From NCBI GenBank assembly GCA_964490165.1, contig CAZBAR010000008.1, positions 915 through 64,914 of the forward strand: 64,000 nucleotides of DNA. The letters are read 5' to 3'. This DNA comes from an uncultured Lachnospiraceae bacterium (GTDB taxonomy: Bacteria; Bacillota; Clostridia; Oscillospirales; CAG-272). A model generated the notes under the pieces. That model searched no databases, had not been told where the DNA came from, and saw only the letters and a program-made list of their open reading frames with translations. Below are positions 44,409 through 52,445 of this stretch, piece by piece. How positions within the stretch are numbered: position 1 is the first letter of the stretch; each line of letters opens with the position of its first letter. The translations under genes were made by a program, and so were the position numbers.

Positions 44409-45584
44409 TTAACGGTCGATAAGTTCCTCTAAATATGTTTTTGCACGTTGTTCTGACACACTGGTTTTATCGTCATCTTTAAGGATCTGTGTCAATCCGC
44501 TCCCGATGAACTGAGCAACCCCGCGGGAATTACGCCCTGCCCAGTGATGGATCACATTTGTGTTATCAATCAAACGTTCATCATAGATCGAGCATAAACG
44601 AGCAACGATCTCACCGTTTTCTCCAATACCGAGAAGATAGATCAAATAAACAGATCTATCCTTTGAAAGAAATTCCAAAAGCTTATCAATATTATAGGCC
44701 TTCGGATTTCCGTCAAGAAACATTACCTTTGTTTTAATATCAGTCTCAATTAAAAAACCGGGATATTCTTTTGCATAATCTCCTAATTTATCTTCTGTTT
44801 TGAATTCGGGCAAGGGCTTATTTGCACGTAATGCCTGTATTATCTGGTCTTTGAGGGGCGACCCGTTATCGGTGATCAGGTATTCAATGACACGTCCTCT
44901 GACATTGACATTATCAATAAAAGCTGCAATAGCAATTTCTCCCTGAACTTTTTTTACCCGGCAGTCCAGATCTTGCCGCAGATTTCTGTAATACTCTGAC
45001 TTGATAAATTCAGAAGCTCTGGGAATCGAACTTAATATTGATCTCTTTGCAGCCTCTGTAACATTAAATTTTTTAACTCTGCCGACTATTCCGTTTGTAC
45101 TTTCTACAAGTCGCTCAAGGTTATCTTCAAACGAAAGTCCTTCGTGATAGGCAAACAGCACCTGAAAATTTTGAGGGCCATTTTCAATGCCTTGAAACTC
45201 CATTATAATATCACTGCCGTTAAAGCTTCCCTTTATATTATCCATCCGAAGCTTGTGAGAAGAGTGACTTATTTTCTTCAAAAATGTCGTGTTCGCTAAC
45301 AGCAAATAATTTGTTTCAGATGCTACGATACATACAATAAAAGGTTTGTCATCATACTTTCGAAGTGTCGAAAGAGATAAAACGGTATTGCCCAATCTTT
45401 TTTTCGTGGATTTACTAAATCTTATGGCAAAATCATCATTTACAAATACTGCGCGTTTCCTAACAAGACCAAATTGCTTTTGTACAATATCAGCCAACTT
45501 TCCCTTGTCACCTATACCGTTATTCTCATTAACAGTACGGATCAAATTATCTATCACAGTTTTATTATACATTTTAATCTTCAT
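44409..45584 (-). CDS. Putative type II restriction endonuclease (unrecognised family)
   Basis: 391-aa ORF overlapping the 3' end of the methyltransferase gene by 11 nt. It is AT-rich like the MTase gene. A possible PD-(D/E)xK-like element is GD...ETDIK. No family was recognised by eye. Confidence 0.55.
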   Translation of the reverse strand: MKIKMYNKTVIDNLIRTVNENNGIGDKGKLADIVQKQFGLVRKRAVFVNDDFAIRFSKSTKKRLGNTVLSLSTLRKYDDKPFIVCIVASETNYLLLANTTFLKKISHSSHKLRMDNIKGSFNGSDIIMEFQGIENGPQNFQVLFAYHEGLSFEDNLERLVESTNGIVGRVKKFNVTEAAKRSILSSIPRASEFIKSEYYRNLRQDLDCRVKKVQGEIAIAAFIDNVNVRGRVIEYLITDNGSPLKDQIIQALRANKPLPEFKTEDKLGDYAKEYPGFLIETDIKTKVMFLDGNPKAYNIDKLLEFLSKDRSVYLIYLLGIGENGEIVARLCSIYDERLIDNTNVIHHWAGRNSRGVAQFIGSGLTQILKDDDKTSVSEQRAKTYLEELIDR

Positions 45585-46542
45585 CCTCCAATAACGGTTT
45601 CTGCAGACTTTTTACCTTTCTCTGAATGGAATTGGTATTTCGCTCCCAAAAAACGCCATCGGTATATCCTTGAATTGATGGATCAGCATCAGCCATTTCA
45701 AGGCGTTTCTCTGCCCAGACACAGTACTGTTCATTTTCTTCTATTCCGACATAGTGCCGACCTAATTTTTTTGCCGTTACCGATGTTGAACCGGAGCCGA
45801 GAAACGGGTCTAAAATAACATCACCTTCATCTGAGCTCGCTAGAATAAGCTTCGCCAATAATTTTTCCGGCTTCTGTGTGGGATGGGCGGTATTTTCCGG
45901 CATAGACCAATATGGCACAGAAATGTCATCCCAAAAATTAGAAGGATATGTATTCCTGAAATTTCCATCCTCGGTCTCTTCCCAATCTTTCGGCGTTCCG
46001 TCAGACTTGTACGGGGCAATGACCTTACGGCGTATCTTTACATCTTCTACATTGAAGGTATATTGCTTTGATACCGTCGCAAACCAAATATCTTCCATTC
46101 CGTTTTTCCAGTTATTAAGTGCTCCGCGACCTTTCTCACGTTGCCAGGTAATGCGGTTTTGAATATAGAAGTATTTTTTTATTATATTGCCGATCGCCGG
46201 ACTTGAACGCCAATCGCAACAAATATATACTGTGGCAGTATCTTTCAACAACGGTAAAACTTTTTGTATCCAGGTTTCGGTGTATGCTTCGTACATTTCA
46301 TCTGTAGTTTTTTTGAATTTCTTACCGTTAAAATCCTTGTCAAGGTTATACGGCGGGTCTACGATCAACAGATCCGCAAATTTTTCCGGCAGCAGCGGAA
46401 GAATTGTAAAAGTATCTCCTAAGATTGTCTTATCCATTACAGTATGTAACTCTGACTTTTCAGAGACAGAAATACATTTTTCCAAGTATTGTTTACCCTC
46501 TTCAACTGTAATGTCAATAGTCTTATTGCGTTCCGCTTTCAT
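45574..46542 (-). CDS. DNA methyltransferase, beta-class N6-adenine/N4-cytosine (PF01555-like)
   Basis: Motif IV LIVDPPYN precedes motif I ILDPFLGSGSTSV, plus HPTQKPEKL. ATG 46542 follows AGGAAG. Confidence 0.88.
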   Translation of the reverse strand: MKAERNKTIDITVEEGKQYLEKCISVSEKSELHTVMDKTILGDTFTILPLLPEKFADLLIVDPPYNLDKDFNGKKFKKTTDEMYEAYTETWIQKVLPLLKDTATVYICCDWRSSPAIGNIIKKYFYIQNRITWQREKGRGALNNWKNGMEDIWFATVSKQYTFNVEDVKIRRKVIAPYKSDGTPKDWEETEDGNFRNTYPSNFWDDISVPYWSMPENTAHPTQKPEKLLAKLILASSDEGDVILDPFLGSGSTSVTAKKLGRHYVGIEENEQYCVWAEKRLEMADADPSIQGYTDGVFWERNTNSIQRKVKSLQKPLLEDED

Positions 46543-46856
46543 ACTTGTTCTTCCTTGTTTTGAAATAAATATTGTCCGCAATTTATTGTCATAAATAATG
46601 AAAATCAATCACTTTGTATATTACTTTGCACTTCAGAACCATTTTCCCGGCTTCTGATAAACCGCCTGCAGCTTCAGGCGAATTACTGATTTTAGTATAG
46701 CACAGATATCCGATTTGGGCAAGCTTTTTTTCAGATCAAAGGCGCTGGGGAGGCATATGCGCGCTTGTCTTACTGACCTCTTAGGTACAAATATTACAAC
46801 CGCTCTGCCGCAGATCATATTTATCCTTATTCCGCCGCGCTTTTTACCTTTGCCGT

Positions 46857-46886
46857 ATTGAAAAACACCGAGGGTTTTGATATAAT
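46857..46886 (+). promoter_or_regulatory. Candidate sigma-A promoter of proBAC
   Basis: TTGAAA-18 nt-TATAAT. Confidence 0.5.
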
Positions 46887-47002
46887 TTTTATTAGAACAT
46901 TTTGAAAAACAGGTACAGTTCGCCCGGAAACGGGGAGCGCCCCGTTTTCAGTGAAATTCATTACCTTTTTTGCCGCCGTACGGCGGCTGAACGGAGGCTA
47001 TT

Positions 47003-47773
47003 ATGCGTATAGTTGTGAAGGTCGGCACATCGACGCTCACACATTCATCAGGAAGAATAAACATCAGACGTGTGGAAAAGCTTTGCCGCGTTCTCAGTGA
47101 TCTGAAAAACGCAGGACACGAGATCATACTTGTATCCTCGGGCGCTATAGGAATGGGAGTCGGAAAGCTGTCGCTCAAGGAGCGCCCCGATGACATACCC
47201 ACAAAGCAGGCGTGCGCTGCTGTGGGTCAGTGCGAGCTGATGTACATATACGACAAGGAATTCTCGGAATACAACCACACCATAGCACAGGTGCTTATAA
47301 CAAGAGCCGACATCGACAACGAGACGTGTCACCGCAACTTCAAAAACACCGTGACCCGCTTGCTTGAATTTGACGTACTGCCCGTTATAAACGAAAACGA
47401 CACCGTTTCTACGGAGGAGATCGTTATAGGCGACAACGACACGCTGGGCGCTATAGTCGCCGTCAGCGCAGAGGCGGATATGCTTATTCTGCTCTCCGAC
47501 ATCGACGGACTTTACACAGCGGACCCCCGCAAGGATCCCGATGCAAAGCTGCTTGACAAGGTAGAAAAGATAACCGATGATATTATCGCACTCGGTGCAG
47601 GCAAGGGATCGGCACTCGGCACCGGCGGTATGAAAACAAAGCTGCACGCGGCAACTATCGCCACTGATGCCGGCATTGATATGGTCATTGCCAACGGAAA
47701 AGATCCGGACATACTGTATGAAATAGCCGCAGGCAGACCCGCCGGCACATTCTTCAGCGGCAAGAAAGCCTGA
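47003..47773 (+). CDS. proB: Glutamate 5-kinase (no PUA domain)
   Basis: MRIVVKVGTSTLTHSSGRINIRRVEKL...VSSGAIGMG...INENDTV. Confidence 0.93.
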   Translation: MRIVVKVGTSTLTHSSGRINIRRVEKLCRVLSDLKNAGHEIILVSSGAIGMGVGKLSLKERPDDIPTKQACAAVGQCELMYIYDKEFSEYNHTIAQVLITRADIDNETCHRNFKNTVTRLLEFDVLPVINENDTVSTEEIVIGDNDTLGAIVAVSAEADMLILLSDIDGLYTADPRKDPDAKLLDKVEKITDDIIALGAGKGSALGTGGMKTKLHAATIATDAGIDMVIANGKDPDILYEIAAGRPAGTFFSGKKA

Positions 47774-47793
47774 GAAAGAAGGAGCTGTTATAA

Positions 47794-49041
47794 ATGATGC
47801 AGACTATAGAAATCCTGACAGCGGCACGCGCCGCTAAGCCCTACATAGCATCCCTCTCCACCGACGAGAAAAACGATGCCATAATGAAAATGGCAGACTG
47901 CCTTGTGGAGGCGACTGACGAAATACTCGCCGCCAATGCATTGGACGTTGAAGCAGCAAGAGGAAATATTTCCGACGTTATGATAGACAGGCTGTCGCTT
48001 ACACAGGCACGTATCGCCGATATGGCAAGCGGTATGCGCCACGTTGCCACCCTTGACGACCCTGTCGGCAAGGTGCTTGCAAGAAACGTTCTTGAAAACG
48101 GTCTGGTGGTAGAAAAGACCTCCGTGCCGCTGGGCGTTATAGGTATTATTTACGAAAGCCGCCCCAACGTTACATCCGACGCTGCGTCCCTCGCCTTCAA
48201 AAGCGGCAACGTATGCGTGCTGCGCGGCGGCAAGGAAGCGTACCGCACCTCGGCTGCGGTAGTAAAAGCTCTGCGCCGCGGTCTGACAGCGTCAGGACTT
48301 CCCGAAACTCTTATCAATATGATAGAGGACACCTCCCGGAACAGCGCAAATGAAATGATGACAGCGAACGGATATATCGACCTGCTCATCCCCCGCGGCG
48401 GCAAAGGACTTATACGCGCCTGCGTTGAAAACGCTTCTGTCCCCTGCATAGAGACCGGAACGGGAATTTGCCATATTTATGTAGACGGCGACTGCAACGC
48501 AGATATGGCGCTTGATATTATAGAAAACGCAAAGACCAGCCGCCCCTCCGTATGCAACGCCTGCGAGGTATGCCTTGTAGACGGCAAAATAGCGGCAGAT
48601 TTTCTGCCCCGTCTGAAGGAAAGGCTTTGTACGGGTCGTGAAAAGTCTGTGGAGCTGCGCCTTGACAGCGCGGCAGCCGCTGTTATTGACGGCACTGCCG
48701 CCGGAGACACCGACTTCGACACAGAATTTCTCGATTACATTCTGGCTGTCGGCATTGTTGACGGCGTAAAGACTGCGGTCAGCCATATAGCAGAGCATTC
48801 TACAGGTCACAGCGAAGCCATAATTACGGAAAACAGCGACGCTGCCGACTATTTCTGCAAAAACGTAGACAGCGCGGCTGTGTATGTAAACGCATCCACA
48901 CGGTTTACCGACGGCGGCGAGTTCGGACTGGGCTGCGAGGTGGGAATCTCCACCCAAAAGCTGCACGCAAGAGGGCCCATGGGGCTTTCCGAGCTTACTA
49001 CTTATAAATACATCGTCCGCGGAAACGGCCAGACGAGATAA
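47794..49041 (+). CDS. proA: Gamma-glutamyl phosphate reductase
   Basis: 415 aa with [31 protein letters not shown] and catalytic Cys context SVCNACEV. Confidence 0.93.
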   Translation: MMQTIEILTAARAAKPYIASLSTDEKNDAIMKMADCLVEATDEILAANALDVEAARGNISDVMIDRLSLTQARIADMASGMRHVATLDDPVGKVLARNVLENGLVVEKTSVPLGVIGIIYESRPNVTSDAASLAFKSGNVCVLRGGKEAYRTSAAVVKALRRGLTASGLPETLINMIEDTSRNSANEMMTANGYIDLLIPRGGKGLIRACVENASVPCIETGTGICHIYVDGDCNADMALDIIENAKTSRPSVCNACEVCLVDGKIAADFLPRLKERLCTGREKSVELRLDSAAAAVIDGTAAGDTDFDTEFLDYILAVGIVDGVKTAVSHIAEHSTGHSEAIITENSDAADYFCKNVDSAAVYVNASTRFTDGGEFGLGCEVGISTQKLHARGPMGLSELTTYKYIVRGNGQTR

Positions 49042-49058
49042 AAGGCAGGGATAAGTAT

Positions 49059-49859
49059 ATGTACAAATTCGGATTTATAGGAACAGGAAATATGGGCGGT
49101 GCGCTGGCACGCGCCGTTCGGAAAAATGCAGACGGCAAGGATATACTGCTTGCAAATAAAGATGCAGAGGCGGCGGAAAAGCTTGCGGCAGAGCTGGGCA
49201 GCACCGTGGGCGACAATGTCTGCGTTGCAAAAAGCTGCAAATATATTTTTCTCGGCGTAAAGCCGCAGGTGCTGCCTGTGGTTCTTGAAGAGATCGCTCC
49301 CGTGCTCTCTTCAAGAAAGGACAGATACATTCTTGTAAGTATGGCGGCAGGCGTCAAAATTGAAAAGATCGCCGCTGCCGTGGGAGAGTGCCCCATTATC
49401 AGAATAATGCCCAACGTTGCCGCGTCTGTCGGTGAAAGCATGGTTCTTCTTACATCAAACGGTGCCGTAGAAAAAGAGGAGCTTGAGGAGTTCAGGTCTG
49501 CAATGCAGGGCGCAGGACGCATAAACGAGATCGGCGAGGAGCAAATGGACGCAGGCTGCGCCCTGTCCGGCAGCGGTCCTGCCTTTGTGTTTATGTTTAT
49601 AGAGGCGCTGTCCGACGGCGGAGTAGCCTGCGGACTGACCAGAGACAAGGCGCTTGAATTTGCAGCTCAGACGGTTCTCGGCTCGGCAAAGCTGATGTTG
49701 GAAAGCGGACAGCACCCCGCCGCGCTTAAAGACGCTGTGTGCAGCCCCGCAGGCACGACTGTTGCAGGTGTTGCCGCGCTGGAGAACGCCGGATTCAGAG
49801 CTGCGGCAATAAACGCGGTAAAGGCAGCATATGAGCGCTCCCGCGAGCTTGGAAAATAA
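49059..49859 (+). CDS. proC: Pyrroline-5-carboxylate reductase
   Basis: MYKFGFIGTGNMGGALARAV (Rossmann fold) and the C-terminal ProC motif SPAGTTVAGVAALE. Confidence 0.93.
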   Translation: MYKFGFIGTGNMGGALARAVRKNADGKDILLANKDAEAAEKLAAELGSTVGDNVCVAKSCKYIFLGVKPQVLPVVLEEIAPVLSSRKDRYILVSMAAGVKIEKIAAAVGECPIIRIMPNVAASVGESMVLLTSNGAVEKEELEEFRSAMQGAGRINEIGEEQMDAGCALSGSGPAFVFMFIEALSDGGVACGLTRDKALEFAAQTVLGSAKLMLESGQHPAALKDAVCSPAGTTVAGVAALENAGFRAAAINAVKAAYERSRELGK

Positions 49860-49875
49860 TAATCATTACTTGGGT

Positions 49876-49911
49876 ATACCAAGACTTCCCCGGCGAGGGA
49901 AGTCTTGGTAT
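49876..49911. repeat. Perfect 15-bp hairpin with the ACTTCC/GGAAGT core (family 1 module) after proC
   Basis: ATACCAAGACTTCCC-CGGCGA-GGGAAGTCTTGGTAT. Confidence 0.7.
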
Positions 49912-49986
49912 AAAGCTATCTGAATGGCAGTTAAAAGCTCCGTTTTTCGCCGAAAAATATTTTTTGAAAAAATTTCAAAAAAGGTA

Positions 49987-50015
49987 TTGACAAATGCTTC
50001 TTGTTTTGGTATACT
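49987..50015 (+). promoter_or_regulatory. Sigma-A promoter of the tRNA cluster
   Basis: TTGACA-17 nt-TATACT, ~30 nt upstream of tRNA-Val. Confidence 0.7.
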
Positions 50016-50047
50016 ATAAAAGCCGTCGAGAGAACGGCAAAACAAAT

Positions 50048-50123
50048 GGGAGCATAGCTCAGCTGGGAGAGCATCTGCCTTACAAGCAGAGGGTCATAGG
50101 TTCGAGCCCTATTGTTCCCACCA
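50048..50123 (+). tRNA. tRNA-Val (anticodon TAC)
   Basis: Hand fold: GGGAGCA acceptor, anticodon stem TCTGC/GCAGA with loop CTTACAA, T loop TTCGAGC, encoded CCA. Confidence 0.93.
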
Positions 50124-50126
50124 TTT

Positions 50127-50203
50127 GGCCCGGTAGCTCAGTTGGTTAGAGCGCTAGCCTGTCACGCTAGAGGTCAGGGGTTCGAGCCCCCTTCGGGTCG
50201 CCA
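50127..50203 (+). tRNA. tRNA-Asp (anticodon GTC)
   Basis: Hand fold: GGCCCGG acceptor, anticodon stem CTAGC/GCTAG with loop CTGTCAC, T loop TTCGAGC, encoded CCA. Confidence 0.93.
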
Positions 50204-50229
50204 TTTTTTCGGAAATATTCCGAAACGAC

Positions 50230-50305
50230 GCCTCTGTAGCTCAGTTGGTAGAGCAGGAGACTGAAAATCTCCGTGTCGTTGGTTCGATTCCGACCGGAGG
50301 CACCA
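50230..50305 (+). tRNA. tRNA-Phe (anticodon GAA)
   Basis: Hand fold: GCCTCTG acceptor, anticodon stem GGAGA/TCTCC with loop CTGAAAA, T loop TTCGATT, encoded CCA. Confidence 0.93.
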
Positions 50306-50308
50306 TAT

Positions 50309-50384
50309 GCGGATTTAGCTCATTTGGTAGAGCGCCACCTTGCCAAGGTGGAGGTGGCGGGTTCGAGCCCCGTAATCCGCTCCA
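50309..50384 (+). tRNA. tRNA-Gly (anticodon GCC)
   Basis: Hand fold: GCGGATT acceptor, anticodon stem CCACC/GGTGG with loop TTGCCAA, T loop TTCGAGC, encoded CCA. Confidence 0.93.
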
Positions 50385-50418
50385 CGAGCCGCATACATTA
50401 TGCGGCTCGCTTTTATAA

Positions 50419-50493
<75 letters not shown>

Positions 50494-50495
50494 AA

Positions 50496-50531
50496 GAAAA
50501 AGTCAGTCCAATGGACTGACTTTTTCTTTTT
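50496..50531 (+). terminator. Terminator of the tRNA cluster
   Basis: AAAAAGTCAGTCC-AA-TGGACTGACTTTTTCTTTTT. Confidence 0.8.
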
Positions 50532-50780
50532 CTCACAGTCATACATTTACCTGCTGTTTATGGTAAATGTTCCGCGGAGATAACTGAAACAAGATGCTTT
50601 GAAGCCGAGTGTAAGCGGAGCGTCGAGGCACGTACTTCGGCTATGCTTTTGTAAAGGATGCTGTGAGCCTGATATCGTCACATCAACATCCGGTACGGGA
50701 GAGCAGAAAAAGGAATCAAAATTTATACTTTGATTTTTCATTTTCAATTGCAGGTTTAATAAATCTCGTTTAGGCGGTTA

Positions 50781-50809
50781 TTGAAAGCAAAAAACAGATG
50801 TGGTAAAAT
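50781..50809 (+). promoter_or_regulatory. Candidate promoter of the XRE-TPR regulator gene
   Basis: TTGAAA-17 nt-(TGg)TAAAAT. Confidence 0.55.
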
Positions 50810-50854
50810 TGAATCACAGGATAGGCGCCGTCCTGAAAATACAGAGGTGTAGTT

Positions 50855-51646
50855 ATGAATATCGGAAATAAGATAAAGGAATTACGTAAACAAAGGGGAA
50901 TTACACAGGAGCAGCTCGCAGACAGCATAGGTGTTTCTTTTCAAGCTGTAAGCAAGTGGGAGAATAATATTGCTTTGCCGGATATCTCACTCGCCCCTGC
51001 TCTGGCAAGCTACTTCGGAGTATCGATGGATGTTCTTTTCGATTTCAATTTGAGTGAGATTGAAGAGAAAGCACTCGCCATTGCAAAAGAAAGCTGGAAA
51101 TACCGTGAGAGTGATCGGGTCAAGGCGAGGGATATCCTCGAAGAAGGACTGAAATTATATCCAGATAAGGATATTTTATACCTAAATATGCTGTATGTAA
51201 TTGATGACCCCGATGAAATTATAAAAATAGCTTCAAAGGTTATTGATGTTGCAAGGAGCGACGAATCCAGATACGATGCCGCACGTTTTATGGCACACGC
51301 ATATAAGGATAAAGGAGATATTGAAAGTGCGCGAAAGGCTTTGAATCAGATACCCGAAATTTATTTTTCTCACTTGTCCGAAAAAGCCTTTATTCTGAGC
51401 GGTGAGGAGCGCTTTGACGCGGCTTGCAGGGAGTGTGGCTGTTCACTTAGAAATCTGATCGATATGTATGCGATCATAGCTGACTGTTATATGGAAAAGG
51501 GAAACGTCGAAAATGCATTGAAGTCCTGCAATCAAGTGATCCGGGTGCTCGATGTTCTGGAAGCGTCGGATAGCTGGAGCTGGGCAAGGAGCCGTGCCTC
51601 TGAAAAAATCGCAGAAATACAGGCAAAGCAAAATGAAAATATGTAA
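50855..51646 (+). CDS. XRE-family HTH regulator with a helical-repeat (TPR-like) C-terminal domain
   Basis: MNIGNKIKELRKQRGITQEQLADSIGVSFQAVSKWENNIALPDISLAPALASYFGVSMDVLF followed by ~190 aa of helical-repeat-like sequence. Confidence 0.82.
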   Translation: MNIGNKIKELRKQRGITQEQLADSIGVSFQAVSKWENNIALPDISLAPALASYFGVSMDVLFDFNLSEIEEKALAIAKESWKYRESDRVKARDILEEGLKLYPDKDILYLNMLYVIDDPDEIIKIASKVIDVARSDESRYDAARFMAHAYKDKGDIESARKALNQIPEIYFSHLSEKAFILSGEERFDAACRECGCSLRNLIDMYAIIADCYMEKGNVENALKSCNQVIRVLDVLEASDSWSWARSRASEKIAEIQAKQNENM

Positions 51647-51770
51647 TTACATTAAGCGGACATTTCGTTCCCGGACGCTTAAGGAATAAATTTCCATATA
51701 AAATCGGGCTGACCGTGAGTCAAATCACAATCAGCCCGATTATTATTCTTGAAAAGGCAAAAATGAGATC

Positions 51771-52322
51771 TTATTTGAACTTCTTATTGAAGTTGATCTC
51801 TACCACCTGACCGTTCTGCGCGTTAAATTTATAGCACCCCTTGAAGGCAACGCCGTTGTGGTCGGTAACAAAAATAGTATTATCCTTTACAAATGTCTGG
51901 AAGTCGATGCTCTTTCCGTTCTTTACAGAGCCGACCTTAACTCCGTTAAGGTATACGTTCTGAGAAACAGCCATACCGACAAAGCTGGACAAGCGTGTAA
52001 AGTGAATGGTACAGGGCGATTCAAGGATCTCTTCAGGCTTTGCAGTCAAAGGCAGGGACTCAAATTTCTTTTTGCAGCCATTGCACTGATATTTTACAGG
52101 CTGCAGGCTGAAATCATCCTTGGACATAGAGTTAGCAACCAAATTACCTATAGCGCCGAACGCCATGCTGATACCTATGGACTTTCCCTTTGCGCCTTTT
52201 GTGCCTATAACTTTGAAATCGTTTTTACGCTGGCACTTAGGACAAGCCAGGTCAGCAACGCTGGGGTAATTTCCCTGTGCTGTATTCTGTTCGTTTGAAT
52301 TGATTTCCTGTTCAATACTCAT
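51771..52322 (-). CDS. Hypothetical zinc-ribbon protein (183 aa)
   Basis: CPKCQRKN ... CNGCKKKF pairs flank a Gly-rich hydrophobic segment. The C-terminal part is a beta-rich domain. No family was recognised. Confidence 0.55.
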   Translation of the reverse strand: MSIEQEINSNEQNTAQGNYPSVADLACPKCQRKNDFKVIGTKGAKGKSIGISMAFGAIGNLVANSMSKDDFSLQPVKYQCNGCKKKFESLPLTAKPEEILESPCTIHFTRLSSFVGMAVSQNVYLNGVKVGSVKNGKSIDFQTFVKDNTIFVTDHNGVAFKGCYKFNAQNGQVVEINFNKKFK

Positions 52323-52403
52323 AATTATAACACCTCGCGTGGTTTTTTTATATTATAGCAAAATGCTGTTCACAAGTCAATATATTGACGGTATGAATAC
52401 CCA

Positions 52404-52435
52404 CAAAAAACGGACTTCTTGTCGAAGTCCGTTTT
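52404..52435 (-). terminator. Terminator of pnp
   Basis: Minus strand AAAACGGACTTC-GACAA-GAAGTCCGTTTTTTGTGG. Confidence 0.8.
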
Positions 52436-52445
52436 GATTATTCAA

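Noticed and set aside
46633-46818. 61-aa minus-strand ORF upstream of the methyltransferase, considered as a possible R-M controller (C) protein
   Set aside because: It has no Shine-Dalgarno, no helix-turn-helix-like sequence, and a Cys/Arg-rich composition. It lies in the GC-rich flank rather than in the AT-rich cassette.
50540-50750. 66-aa minus-strand ORF (50547-50747), or an ncRNA, in the 320-bp gap after the tRNA cluster
   Set aside because: It has no RBS or recognisable family. I found no convincing conserved RNA motif (RNase P, tmRNA, 6S). I left it unannotated rather than guessing.
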